From contig OX597832.1 in the NCBI GenBank assembly GCA_951406725.2, positions 56,606,001-56,670,000 of the forward strand: 64,000 nucleotides of DNA. Reading direction: 5' to 3'. Positions 36,226-51,189 of this stretch are shown here, piece after piece. The DNA is from Octopus vulgaris (Eukaryota). The notes under the pieces were generated by a model, which saw nothing but the letters and a program-made list of their open reading frames with translations, made no database searches and was not told the DNA's origin. The number at the start of each line of letters is the position of its first letter. The stretch's first letter is position 1. The position numbers and the translations under genes were made by a program.

Positions 36226-38479
36226 ACTGAGAACATATGAACTTGTCTAAGCTTATGAATCCATATATTAAAAAATGTGACTTGTTTCTCCTTCACTTTT
36301 TCAATACATTCTGAGCTTCTTATCAAAAATTGGTCTTTTTCTTTTCAAGAATTGTATGCAATCATTTGAATGATTCAACAATTTCTCTATTCTCATTTAA
36401 AAACTCTATTATATATTTGTACAGATGAATTTTTTCCCACATATTTCTGCACACAACTTTTGTTAACACCTCATATTCTTTCCATTCTTTATTGTTAATG
36501 AAATTATTATAATGTATATTGACCTCTTTTCCATTTACTTTTGGCCTACATCATGAATAGCTTTTTTTTTTTTAAAGAAACAATTGTCCCTTTCCAGCCC
36601 ACAAGATCTAGTTTCTGCTACAACCCAATCAACCAAACAAATAAGTATGACATCCCACTTATAATACAACATTGCAATAGATGTCTGTGATTGGTAAAAC
36701 AGTTAACTTTTTCTATATGAAAATAAAACTGGTTGTCATTCAAGTTGGAGATGTACAACAAATAACTGAGATATTTATATAGGGAAATCAACATAGAGCA
36801 GGCATGGCTGAGTGGTTCAGAAGCTTGCTTCACAAGTAGATTGCTTCAGGTTCAATCCTACTATGTGATATCTTAGGCAAGTATTTTCTGCTTTATCCCG
36901 GTGGTTGATCAAATAGTTGGTAGAAAGAAACTGTGTGCAACTGAAACAGTCTGTGAGAAACATTTTCTATTTTTGGGTGGTAGCAACCTTAGTCTGTCAT
37001 CCAGTCTAACACCGCTACCTGGTCCTTGGGTGCCTTGAGCAGACTCCACTCTGTTACAAGCATTCAGGCCAGGCCTATGATTTAACGATACCTTCCTCCT
37101 TCTCTCCCACCTAGTATAGACCATGTAAGGAGTGATGGGCACTATTGTTTATTTCCTAATATAATAATGAGCATAGGAGGAGGATAGAAAATAGTAATTC
37201 AGTGAAGGAGAAGTAGTGAGAGTAATAGCCCTGACTGAGAGGGTGTGAGGGAAAGTAATAGCAATGAAAGAAAGGAAGGGTTGATAGATGAATAAGGAAG
37301 GAATGGGTGAAAAAAGTCAGTGTTTCAACTCTGTGTGAGTATATGTGTGTATGTGTGTGCATGTACAAGGGAAGTGTGTGAATGTTTGTATGTGTGATTA
37401 TTTTGTACCTTATTTATATATAAAATAATACAATTAGCCGTCATTATTGATGGCACATGGTCAGCTAGTACACAGTAAAGAGTTAATTTGATTTATTTTA
37501 TTTGTTTTATGTCATGCTGACAGTTTCAAATAAGAATGAAATGGTGCTGTACTATGATCACCAATGACTAGAAATTTTAAGATCTTTGTAGTGAGTAAGA
37601 AGAAGAAAAATATTAAATATGTATATCCTGTACATCTTCATTGCTCTACGATCTTCTAATCTCACTATGTTTGATCTAGAAGTGATTATTGTATTTTCTA
37701 GCATACCCGTCAACACAGAATATAGTGTAACATATAAAAAAAACTTTAAAAATATTGTCCCTATCTTCCCAAATCCTGCTGCACTTCACAGGGAATTTTT
37801 GGTCCTTCAAAATCGTTTTGGTGTATAAGTCAACCTACCCTTTATATGGCTGTTAATTTTAGTCTAAAAAAATTCAACTTGTATACCAGAAAATAGAGTG
37901 TCTCCCTTACAAAACCCAGCAACTAGGGCACATTATATGTAGCTAGCTGTAAACTTTAGTCTAAAAAAATTCAACTTGTATACTAGTAAATAGAGTATCA
38001 CCCTTACAAAACCTAGCCACCAGGGTATATTACATGTAGCTGATAATAAACATTTTGGAAACAAAAGAATTCATATCTTCTGCAATATATATTTACACCC
38101 TGCTTTACATATGTTTCTGCTTGTTGTAGAGATGAAGAAAACCCATGGGGGATTAAGTTACTTCAGACAAGTAACTTAGCACTCTTGACTTGAGAAGGGA
38201 GATTAAGATAAGACTAAAACAATTGACAGTTTTGTCACGACATATCTCTGGAAGCAGACAGCAATGGTTTAGAGTTCACACGAGGACACTTGGAAGTTGA
38301 TATAGTTAATCCCTAAGTATACTAATTAATTAGCAATTAATACTGTTTATAATGGCAGATTTGTAATTTGTTGTCAATGAGATTTTAAGGCAGCAAGTGT
38401 CTTTTATCAAGAAATAAAAATAAAAAGGAAGAATTAGAAAATAAAGACGAAGGATTTTGTATGCAACTTTTTTTCTTTA

Positions 38480-38514
38480 AGTGTGTGTGTTTTTGTTTGT
38501 GCGTGTTTGTTTGT

Positions 38515-38555
<41 letters not shown>

Positions 38556-38561
38556 TTTGTT

Positions 38562-38605
<44 letters not shown>

Positions 38606-38937
38606 TTTGCTTGTGTGTGTCTGTGTGTGTGTGTTTTGTGTGTATGAGTGTTTGTTTGTGTGTGTGTGTATGTGTGTTTGGATGTTTGTGTGTGTGTGTG
38701 TGTGTGTGTTTGTGTGTGTGTGTATGTGTGTTTGCTTGTGTGTGTCTGTGTGTGTGTGTTTTGTGTGTATGAGTGTTTGTTTGTGTGTTTGTGAGTGTGT
38801 ATGTGAGTGCATGTGTTTGTTTGTGTGTATGTGTGTGTTTGTTTGAGTGTGTTTGTGAGTGTGTGTGTGTGAGTGTATGTGTGTTTGTGTGTGTGTGTGT
38901 TTGTTTATTTGTTTGTTTGTGTGTGTGTGTGTGTATG
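38480..38937. repeat. Degenerate (TG)n microsatellite
   Basis: Directly visible. Confidence 0.92.
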
Positions 38938-39019
38938 TAGGCCATATGAGTAAGAAAGAACTGCCAAGTTTAAGGTAGATATTTTCAGTGGAAAATTTCT
39001 CAGATATCTTATGTTTCAT

Positions 39020-39797
39020 CTTTTCCTTGTTCCAGTCATTGGGCTGCAGCCATGCTGGGGCAATACTTTGAAGTGTTTAGTGAAACAGATAGATACAAGT
39101 ACTTATTTGTTTGTTTTTTTTCAGTCAGGTATTTATTTTATCAGTATTTTTTGCTAAACTACTAAATTACACGGATCTAAATAATCCAAGACCGACCATC
39201 CTGTGGTAGTGATGGAGAAACACACACACACACACACACAATAGGCTTCAACACAGTTTCAACACAAATTCATTCACAAGGCACTGGTCGGTCTGGTGCT
39301 ATGGTAGAAGACACTTGCCCAAAGTGCCACACTGGGACTGAACCTAACACCAAGGGATTGCAAAACAGGCTTCTTAACCACACAGCCATGCATGTGCCTA
39401 TGACTAATTTTAATTTTTTTTTGTTATGTTTCATTACTAGTACACTTTCTCCTTGACTTATGACTGAGTTCTGTTCTGCCTGACAAGTCATAATAAGTCG
39501 AACTGGTCATATGCCAGATTTATATTTTTCAATGCTATTGTCATTCAACTGCAACTGATGCTTGAAAGCGACTGAGTAAGAGACAGGAGCAGGCTGTAGG
39601 ATGCCTGGGTCTGAGGGGTGGGGCCTGCATTGCCAGATGCTGCTTTAGTTATCATACAAGGCATTAGAAAGGGTTGTAGAAACCTTGCCAGATCAGACTG
39701 GAACCTGGTGCAGCCTCCTGGCTTGCCAGTCCTCACTCTAAACCATCAAACGATGATGATGATGATGATGAGGATGATGATGATGATGATGATGATG

Positions 39798-39831
<34 letters not shown>

Positions 39832-40650
39832 GGATGATGATGATTATGATGATGCAGCTGCCCAACGTCTGAAAATCGCCCCCAGGACTTATTCTTCATA
39901 AGCCTGGTACTCATTCTATTGGTCTCATTTGCCAAACCGCTAAGGTATGGGGATGTAAACACACCAACATCAGTTGTCAAAGCGATGGTGGGGCAACAAA
40001 CACACACACACTCAGTTCCACTGCGTGGCACCTTGGGCAAGTGTCTTCTACTATAGCCTAGGGCTGACCAAAGTCTTGTGAGTGGATTTGGTAGACAGAA
40101 ACTGAAAGAAGCTCATTGTATATAAATGTATATATATATATATATCATCATCATCATCACCATCGTTTAACGTCTGTTTTCCATGCTAGCATGGGTTGGA
40201 TGGTTCGATCTGGGTCTGGAAAGCCAGGAGGCTGCACCAGGCTCGTCTGATCTGGCAGTGTTTCTACAGCTGGATGCCCTTCCTAACGTCAACCACTCCG
40301 TGAGGGTAGTGGGTGCTTTTTACGTGCCACTGGCACAGGTGCCAGGGGAGGCAGGCAGTGGTCATCAGCCTATCGGTTGGTGCTTTTGTGTGCCACCAGC
40401 ACGTGTGTCAAGTGTGTGCACTGGTGTTTGTGTGTGTGTGTATTGTGTGTTATGTTTGTCCCCCTAGCATTGCTTGACAACCGACGCTGGTGTATTTACA
40501 TCCCCCTAACTTAGCGGTCCAGCAAAAGAGACTGATAGAATAAGTACTAGGCTTTCAAAGAATAAGTCCTGGGGGGTCGATTTGCTCGAGTAAAGGCGGT
40601 GCTCCAGCATGGCCACAGTCAAATGACTGAAACAAGTAAAAAAAAGAAAG
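39020..40650. mobile_element. Nested SINE cluster: A (39020-39400 -), C (39660-39850 +), A fragment (39875-39995 -), A (40012-40650 +) with nested C (40145-40400 -)
   Basis: Family A and C diagnostic motifs. Confidence 0.75.
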
Positions 40651-41128
40651 AGAGAGATAAGTGTTAGTGGTCTTAAGTTATGTAGGTCATAAGCCGAGGA
40701 GGAGAAGGTGTACAGGGAAATGGAATTGGCAAGCCATGTGAAAACGGTTAAAAACTTTGGGAAGCAAACAGTATATGTTGCCTTGAAGGTGTGAATCTGT
40801 GGAATATGTTAGGCTTAGAGTTGATGCAAGAGACGTGTATTAAAAGCAACGAACATGTTGAAAAGTAAACACGGAACATAAAGGATATATTATAAGGTAT
40901 CTCAGGAAGATAAAGGATGTACTGTACAGTAGCCAGGCAAGATAAAAGCAGGATTGAAAGAAAGCTGAGCAAGATAAAAGATGCATTGTAATGGCAGTCT
41001 GGCAAGATAAAAGCCGTGTACATGTCTGTGTGTGCGTGTGTGTCTGTATAGATACATACATATATTTATGCCTCTATATATATATATGTGTGTGTGTGCC
41101 TGTATAGATACATACATATATTTATGCC

Positions 41129-41218
<90 letters not shown>

Positions 41219-41366
41219 CATGTATGTGTGTGTGTTGTATAGATACAGACATATATTTATGCCTATATATATATATATAGAAACATGTATATGTGTGTGT
41301 TTGATGAAAGACATATTATGAAGTAGCCTCATTATATATATATATATATATATATATATAGATACA

Positions 41367-41416
<50 letters not shown>

Positions 41417-42199
41417 TGTTTGATGAAAGACATATTATGAAATAGCCTCATAGTAGAGCATCATTTAATGGTCATCAGGGAATAAAAAGGCAAAGATCGT
41501 AGAGAGAAATTAATAGATTTAGTTGAATAGAATTTGGTTTCAAGAATCAAATTACAGAAGATACAAAGACAATCAGTTTTACAAACCAAACCAGCTTATG
41601 TTAACAAATCTTCTACCCCTAACAACAAGACTGATAATGATCTATGGAGAATATAGATGATTTTTGTTTGTTTTTTTTTTGTTTTTTTTGTTTTAAACTA
41701 AAAATAAAAATAGTCTTAAATCCTACAGAAATAGAATCTTTTTGGGAAAAGAGAGCTTTTGATGTTTGCCTATGATTCCGGTTTCAGAAGATGAGGCAAG
41801 TTAAAAACACTGACATCTCTTTCATCTGCAGCGGAGGGACAATAACCTCATTGTTAACTTCACCGTAATAGATGAATGGTTAGCATGAAAAATTAGCAGC
41901 ATCAACTATGCAGAACAAGTGTGATGATTCTTACATCAATAGTCATGCATTTGATACAGAATAAACATGGAGATAATTCTCAGTATGAACGGCACTATGA
42001 TGATAATGATGATGGTGATGATGGCAATGGTAGCAGGAATGCCAGCAATATCTGTCCAATAAGTGAATCGCTTTTAGCACAGTCTTACTGAATCATTTCA
42101 AAGATTCACAAATGTACTGGAAAACACACACACACACACACACATACATACACTTTCAGTCCCCCATCATGTTCCCTCTCTATATATTTATATGTGTGT

Positions 42200-42552
<353 letters not shown>

Positions 42553-42724
42553 AGTTCTGTTCCATTGACAACATACCGAGAAGCATTTCTAAATTGCCCT
42601 TACAGAATTCAATAAATTTAAATTCTAAACTTATTTCCTATCAAAATATATTTCTATTGAAATTTTCCTGAGCCTTTTAAATACAGGTTAATATTTATTT
42701 ATTTTTTTTATTAACACACACACG

Positions 42725-42773
<49 letters not shown>

Positions 42774-43367
42774 ACACTCACACAAACACATCCACCTTCT
42801 GACATGAGTTACTGACAGGGAAATTGTATATAGCGGGACCATTTATAAGCCATATATTTCAAATTTTAGAATTTTAAATGCATTTCACGAATAGTACAGA
42901 AAATACTCACAATATACCTGCATTTAACAGACTGAAAATACCACACTACACACACATTACACGAATTCACTGCATTTTGGATAAATTGCTCAAAAACAGA
43001 TGCCAGTAACCTTCAGTTAGTCTCGTAATGTAACACCAAAGAAATTCTCAGAAAATAGTTGAAGTGAATCTTCTTAAAAATGCATAAATAAATAAACAAA
43101 CAGCTCTAGAATCTAAAATGTTTTACTATTTGATGTTTTTTAAAGATTTTTCTGAGAAACACGATTTTCCTTCCAAATAAACGACTAATTTACATAATTA
43201 TTTTAACTGAAGAAGTAATTTTGTTTTCGTTCCTTTCCTACGAAGTATCATTAAAAGTCACGCCAATCTTGAAAAGATGCGTCCCTATAAAATATTTTAA
43301 CTGCCCGAGTGGAAAACTGTCAGCAATCTCAGAATATGCCTGCATAGAGACATACATTAACTAATTG

Positions 43368-43412
<45 letters not shown>

Positions 43413-43509
43413 ACGCACACTTGTTGTTAGCCTTCTGAAGAAAAAAGTAGTGAATTTTCTTGAAGAATCTACCCAGGTGTCAAGATTTGTGCTACTCAAT
43501 ACTATCTTT

Positions 43510-44288
43510 TGCTCTTTTATTCTTTTACTAGTTTCAGTCATTTGACTGTGGTCATGCTGGAGCACCACATTTTAGTCGAGCAAATCAACCCCCAGGACTT
43601 ATTCTTTGCAAGCCTTCTACTTATTCCATCGGTTCTCTTTTTACCAAACCGCTATGTTATGGGGATGTAAACACACCCGCATCGCATGTCAAGTGATATT
43701 GGTGAGGACAAAACAGACACACAAACATACACATATATATATACATATATATGACAGGCTTCTTTCAGTTTCCATCTACCAAATCCACTCACAAGATTTT
43801 GTTAATCACACTTGCCCAAGGTGCTGCGCAGTGGGACTGAACCTGGAACCATGTGGTTGGTAAGCAAGCAACTTACCACACAGCCACTACTCTTTTACTT
43901 GTTTCAGTCATTTGACTGTGGTCATGCTGGAGCACCACATTTTAGTTGAGCAAATCAACCCTAGGACTTATTCTTTGTAAGCCTAGTACTTATTCTATCG
44001 GTCTCTTTTTGCCGAACTGCTGAGTTACAAGGATGTAAACACACCAACATCAGTTGTCAAGCGATAGCAGGGGGGGGGGGGGTCAAATACAGACACACAA
44101 ACATATACAGAAATATATATATACAACAAGCTTCTTTTCAGTTTCTGTCTACTAAATTCACTTTCAAGGCTTTGGTTGGCCTGAGGCTATAGCAGAAGAC
44201 ACTTGCCCAAGGTGCCATGCAGTGGGACTGAACCCGAAAACACGTGGTTGGTAAGCAAGCTTCTAACCACACAGCCACGCCTGCGCCT
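43510..44288 (-). mobile_element. Two SINE A copies head-to-tail
   Basis: cttttact(a/t)gtttcagtcatttgactgtggtcatgctggagcaccacattttag near 43522 and again near 43892. The shared rare variants suggest tandem duplication. Confidence 0.85.
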
Positions 44289-45144
44289 ATATATTTATGA
44301 GTAATATTAGTTTCAAATTTTGGTACAAGGCCAGCAGATTTAGGAGACAAGATATGTTGATTACATCAGGTTTATCGACCTTGAAAGGATAAAAGACAGA
44401 GTCAACCATGGTAAAATTTAAATTCAGAACGCAAAGACAGACAAAAAGTTGCAAAGAATTTCACCTGGTGTGATAACAATTCTGTCAGTTCACCATCTTA
44501 CATTTATAAGTAATATTGCCTCAGTATTACACTTGTCAACATAATATGCATTATTATAGCAACCATTCACCGATCATTTGAAACAGCTGTAAAGACAAGA
44601 CCAGCGTACATCATGTAAATTTTATAAGCAACTTTTCATATGAATACATACTTCACACCTATATTGTTTGCCCATCATGCTTATTTTATATACAAATACA
44701 AACATGCACACACCAACACACATATATATACATACCAAAATAAAATTGGAAGGTACTGCATGAGTGAAAATATATAGAGAAGAAGATTTGAAAATGCAGA
44801 TGTTTATTGACTTGACTGGTTTCACTTATTGTTTTTTTAAAGATTTTCAAAAGTAAAGTGGAAAGCTTTGTGTATGCATGTACATATATATACATATACA
44901 TATACACGACTGGAGATGAAGAAAAACGGTTGGTCATTCCCCTAAAATCCTTATAGACAATTATGATTTCTGATGAACTCTTGACAAAGCAATACACGCT
45001 TTCTCCTGTCAAATATTGTCTACAAATTCTTTCTGTATATATGCTTATAACCAATTATGATTTCTGATGAACTTAAAAACAATTATGAAATTATTTTACT
45101 GCCTATTTTGAACACTTTTATGTAAACTGTTAAAACACAAAGCC

Positions 45145-45562
45145 TCTCTCTTTTACTTGTTTCAGTCATTTGACTGTGGCCATGCAGGAGCACCACCTTT
45201 AGTTGAACAAATCAACCTCAGGACTTATTCTTTGTAAGCCTAGTACTTATTCTATTGGTGTCTTTTGCTGAACCGCTAAGTTACGGGGACGTAAACACAC
45301 CACCATCAGTTGTCAAACGATGTTGGGGGGGGGGGAGAGAAACACAGACACACAAACATATACACACACATACATGTATATATATATATACATATATACG
45401 ATAGGCTTCTTTCAGTTTCCATCTACCAAATCCACTCACAATGCTTTGGTCGGCCTGAGGCTATAGCAGAAAACACTTGCCCAAGGTGCCATGCAGTGGA
45501 ACTGAACCCAGATCCATGTGGTTGGTAAGCAAGCTACTTACCACACAGCCACTTCTGTGCCT
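45145..45562 (-). mobile_element. SINE family A, full length
   Basis: Reverse complement of the family A consensus. Confidence 0.88.
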
Positions 45563-46341
45563 CTCTTAACATTTTCTTATCATTGTCAAAGACTCTATAA
45601 CTGTATTTTGATACATCGATGTTCAATAATTTTTAACACCACAAAGGCTACACAAAGCCTTGCACTTTACTTTTGAAAATCCTTTTCAAAAAAAAAAAAA
45701 AAGTGAAAATAGTCAAGTAAATAAACACCTTTAAAAGACCTCTCCATTTTCAGATCCTCTTCCTTATATCTATATCTGCACCTATATCTATCTACCTATC
45801 TATATATAAATATATTTACAATGCTGAAGACAGCAAGTAAGCAAAAACTTTGAAGTTACTGTCAGTCATTGTCAACTTCTTCCTAGTAGAAATAAACACG
45901 GTACTCTACTTAAAAGTATTGAGTGGTTCTTTTGTGCCATAAAAAAATTGGAACTAAAAAAAAATATGATAAATGTGTAAGTGAATTTAACAGTCTTTGT
46001 GTGTTTTGGCATGGCTGGCAAGTGCCTTCCATGCAGTAGTCATCATAGTTTCCTCATATGGCCTCAAACTTAATCACTTGCCAAGCAACTTCATTTCTGA
46101 ACTTCAATTTAATGCTTCATTGTTCTTTTGTATCATAATTTTAGATAAAAACTGCCCTCAGTAATATATATATATGTATGTGTGCATGTATGTATGTATG
46201 TGTGTGTATGTATGTATGTGTGTGTATGTATGTATGTGTATATATATATAAAAGAAGTTTGAAAACGCCACTATATAAGATAAATTTTAATTTTCTTAGA
46301 GATTTTACATGTTTCAGTTCTTCTTGAAGTATGCCACCTAC

Positions 46342-46397
<56 letters not shown>

Positions 46398-46559
46398 TAT
46401 ATAGAGCGGTCTTGCCCTTTGAATATACACGTATTAGAATTTTCTCTGATTTTTCAGATTTTTGTATGCTAGGCTACTGGTTTTAAATTGATGTTAATTA
46501 AATTAATATTAATTTATCTCCCTCATTATTTAAATATTAAAATTTTTATATATACATAT

Positions 46560-46768
46560 GTTGACATATGTTGACCTCGTAAAGACCACTTGCATTTTTT
46601 TCCTCTGTCCTCCCACCTCGGGATCTTTCTTTCTCCTATGTTTCCGACGAAGAGCTCCACTCGAAACGTCATACCCTCCTTCTTCCCTTTTTTCCTGAGC
46701 GCCTAATAATACTTTAATTGTTCCACCTCCTCGCGTTGTTGTCTTTTTTGTTTTCTTGTTTGGATTAA

Positions 46769-46772
<4 letters not shown>
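46560..46772 (+). mobile_element. Short dispersed element carrying a hammerhead-like motif (46640-46674), next to (TA)n
   Basis: GUUU-CCGACGA-A-GAG[CUCCA]CUC-GAAACGUC-AUAC, followed by ttcctgagcg..taata, which is shared with 29850-30020 and 2495-2610. Confidence 0.6.
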
Positions 46773-46805
<33 letters not shown>

Positions 46806-46807
<2 letters not shown>

Positions 46808-47208
46808 CACCTGTGTCGGTGGCACATAAAAACACCTGTGTCGGTGGCACATAAAAACACCATCCGAGTGTGGTCGTCTGCTAGCCTTGTCTGGCACCTG
46901 TGTCGGTGGCACATAAAAACACCATCCGAGCGTGGCCGTTCGCCAGCTTCGTCTGGTACCTGTGTCGGTGGCACATAAAAACACCATCCGAGCGTGGCCG
47001 TTCGCCAGCCTCGTCTGACACCTGTGTCGGTGGCACATAAAATCACCCACTACACTCTCGGAGTGGTTGGCGTTAGGAAGGGCATCCAGCTGTAGAAACA
47101 CTGCCAGATCTGACTGGCCTGGTGCAGCCTTCGGGCTCCCCAGACCCCAGTTGAACCGTCCAACCCATGCTAGCATGGAAAGCGGACGTTAAATGATGAT
47201 GATGATGA
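46806..47208 (+). mobile_element. SINE-like family C with internal 62-bp tandem repeat and (GAT)n tail
   Basis: ggcgttaggaagggcatccagctgtagaaa..catgctagcatggaaagcggacgttaaatgatgat. Repeat starts at 46837, 46899, 46961 and 47023. Confidence 0.82.
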
Positions 47209-47549
47209 TATATATATATATATATATCCTCTGATAAAGTTCAAATCATTCTGACCACGTTTGTTACGTGGAATGAGATAAATGCAAATTTACCTCAAAA
47301 ATAACAAACTGAAACAGCTGTAAATGTTATTTTAACTATAATTAAACAATGACCATTCAATACCAATTATCAACTTCTAATTGTTAATTGTTGCTCCATT
47401 CCTTCTCTTATCTGGATATATATATATGTACATACATACATACATACATACATACATACTTATATACATACATACATACATACACACATATATGTAGCTC
47501 TTGGTAGTCCAAAGTAGATACACCATTTATGTGGGTGTCTTTTCAAAAC

Positions 47550-47650
<101 letters not shown>

Positions 47651-48037
47651 TTATATATATATATATATATACACACTCACATACAAGCAAGCATGTGCAT
47701 GTGTATGGGAGGAGAGAGACGAGAGACACACAGACAGGAGAGAAAGAGAATGTAATTATCACAAAGCGTTCTATATTTAGTTAGAAACCTTCTCAATTCC
47801 TGTTCGAAATGTCATCTGACAGCGAACCAAAGTCTTGTTCCAGAAAGCCATACAACAAACAGTGTAACAAGGGCAGGACACACCAATATAGGGGACAGGA
47901 AAATAACATTGCATGACATTCGTGTTGTTGTTGTTGTTCATCTTGCTGTTATTGTCTCTGCAGAGTATTAACAATGAAGATGAAGGGAAGTGAAGTACAA
48001 TGGCCACGTCTCGGAAACAAAAGTGGGATCTCATAAA

Positions 48038-48087
<50 letters not shown>

Positions 48088-48511
48088 GTATATATGTGTA
48101 TATATATATATATGTATATATATGTATGTATCTGAATATTATAGAATAAATATAGGCCTTAATTTATTCTATTGTGTATGGAACTGAAAATTGAATGTCT
48201 GGAGGTTAAGATGTCTACACCCTAAAAATGGAAACAGAACTGCCAGGAAAGATCACAGAGTGCATGTAGTACACACACACACATATATGTATACATACAT
48301 ACACACACACACACACCTATATATATATATATATATATTGATATACAACACACATCTACATATATATATATATATAGGAATATATATGTATATATATATA
48401 TATATGTGTATATATATATACACACATATATATGTATATATTTACATATGTATGTATGTATATAAATATATATTCCACAAGAAATACAAGAAAGAGGTGT
48501 GTGCGAATGTA

Positions 48512-48777
48512 TCCTTTACTTGTTTCAGTCATTAGACTGTGGCCATACTGGGGCACCACCTTGAAGAATTTAAGTCAAATGGATTGCCTCCAATACTTAG
48601 CTTTTTTTAAAACTTCGTACTTATTCTATTGGTTTCTTTTGCCTAACTGCTAGGTTATGGGGACATAAACATACCAACACTGGTTGTCAAGGGTGGTAGG
48701 AGACAAATACAGACACAAACACACACATGCACACATAGATACTTCATTACACACACACACATATATATATGTGTGTG

Positions 48778-48814
<37 letters not shown>

Positions 48815-48977
48815 GACAGGCTTCTTTCAGTTTCCATCTACAAAATCCACCCAGAAGGCTTTGGTTGGCTTGAGGCTATAGTAGAAGGCACTTGCCCAAG
48901 GTACAATGCAGGGGGACTGAACCTGGAACCATGTGATTGGGAAGCTAACTTCTTACCACAAAGCCACTCCTGTGCCT

Positions 48978-49056
<79 letters not shown>

Positions 49057-49232
49057 CATGCATATCTATATATGAGGGGCTTCTTTCAGTTTCCATCTAC
49101 TAAATCCATTCACAAAGCTTTGGTCAGCTCTAAGCTATAAAAGATAGTTGTCCAAGGTACCATGCAGTGGGAGTGAACCTAGAACCATGTGATTGAGAAA
49201 CAAATTTCTTACCACATGTCCACACATGCACC
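48512..49232 (-). mobile_element. SINE family A (48512-48978) plus a second head fragment (49078-49232)
   Basis: Family A motifs. Confidence 0.82.
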
Positions 49233-49744
49233 TTATATATTTATGTGCGTATATGTGTGTGCATGTGTGTGTGTGTGTGTGTGTTTGCGTGTGTTTGGAC
49301 AGTTTCGTTTAGTATCTGTCTTCCTTTAATATGTTGCTTAATTAATATTCTACATTAATTTCTCTGCACAACGCTACGACATTGGTAATTCCAGTTAAAA
49401 TTATTCCTGCTAAAATGGATTTAATGTTTTGGCTCAAATTAAATTCTTGCAAAAAAAAAATTTTAAAAAAGTAAAAAAAAAAAAAATGTTTTTTTTTTTT
49501 TTTGCTTCCATTTAATTCTTGGAACATAATTAAATATATTTTCCTTTTGAAGGTAATTATTTTGTTAATGACTTTAGTCAGAAGAGACAAGGCAGTAACC
49601 ATGACAGTGAATCAGGGCTTTCCATGTCTGGCGTAAGAAAGAAATAAAGGAAGGAAGGAAGGAAAGAAAGGAAGAAAGAAAGAAAGGAAGGAAGAAAGAA
49701 AGGGAGGAAGAAAGAACGGAAGGAAGGAAGGGGGAGGGAGGAGG

Positions 49745-50070
49745 CTGGCCGGTTATGATGATGAGTGTTCCGGTTCATTTGATCAATGAAACTGCCTATT
49801 TGTGGTGAAATAAATGTGCAAGTGGCTGAGTACTCCACAGACATGCATAATCTTAATGTAGATTCTGAGGGAGATTCAGCATGACACATAATGTGACAAG
49901 GGCCTGGCCCTTGTGAATTACAGGTACTAATTGTTTTTGCTAGATTTAGGTGGACTGGAGGAGTAACACGGGATAGAGTGTCTTGGCTCAAGGATATACA
50001 ATGTGGTGCTGGGAATTGAACTCTCGTCCTTGTAATCGTGAACCGAATACATGACCCATTAAGCCATGCA
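49745..50070 (-). mobile_element. SINE family D, body type 2
   Basis: Reverse-complement homology to 2685-2880. Confidence 0.75.
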
Positions 50071-50099
50071 CTGTATGTATGTATGTATGCATGTATGTA

Positions 50100-50436
50100 A
50101 GGGCACATGGCTCAGTGGTTAGAGCGTCGAGCTTATGATTGTGAGGTTGTGAGCTCGAATCCCGGAAGGGGTTGCGTGTTGTGTTCTTGAGCAAGACACT
50201 TTATTTCATGTTGTTCTAGTTCCCTCAGCTGTAAAAACGAGTTGTGACATCACAGGTGCCAAGCTGTATCGGCCCCTTTGACTTTCCCTTGGATAACACT
50301 GGTGGCGTGGAGATGGGAGGCCGGTATGCATGGGCGACTGATGGTCTTCCATAAAATAACCTTGCCCGGATTTGTACCTTGGAGGATAACTTTCTAGGTG
50401 CAATCCCATGGTCAGTCATGACCGAAGGGGGTCTCA
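50100..50436 (+). mobile_element. SINE family D, body type 1
   Basis: Colinear with 30060-30392. Confidence 0.86.
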
Positions 50437-51189
50437 GAATGTATGTATGTATGTATGTCTGTACATGTATGTGTTATTGTCTCTTTGTCATGGCATGGTG
50501 TGATAGTCGTAAATAAGCATCACCATTATGCAAATGGTTCCTTTGTTTCCAGTCTTCCGAAACATGTCTGGTCACGAGAAAATATTATGTTGTCTGGATA
50601 CAAGTGAAGTTTGGCGAAAGGAAGGGGACCTGGCCATAGAAAATTTGCCTCAGTAAATCCCTGTCCTACCCATGCAAGCATGGAAAAGTGGACATTAACA
50701 CAATGACAGTGATGAAGATCATGATGATGATGATGATGATGAAGATTATGATGATATGTAGTGTGTTTGTGTAGCTTACAATGTATAAATTTGTAGCAAA
50801 CAATATATAAATGGTTTGAAATATAAATTAATGTTTATGTCTGTAAGACAACAAATATAAACAAACGGAAAAACAGTTGATGTTTTATGGCTTGCATTGC
50901 ATTGACTACAAAGAACTTTGGCAGACATAACATAATTTCTCTCCATTCTTTATTAGCATTGAACACCTGGAAGACTTGAAGAATTGAGCACACTGCTGAG
51001 TCTTCAGAGTGTCGCACTCACTGATTAAACGGCAGGGATTTTTAATACAAACGAAGGATAATGATGATGTGAGGCAGAACAGTGAAGGGCAAACTGTGGC
51101 CTGTGTCGGACTTATTGAATGGCATCCCTATTTTTACAAAAATTACCTATAATTTTTACCAGTGCAGCCTGCTTGATGATGAGCCATGT

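Noticed and set aside
47777-47965. Possible minus-strand exon (ctctgcag acceptor; DNNSKMNNN...CYTVCCMAFW)
   Set aside because: No resemblance to the missing LHFPL N-terminal exon and only a weak donor; cannot be supported without RNA data.
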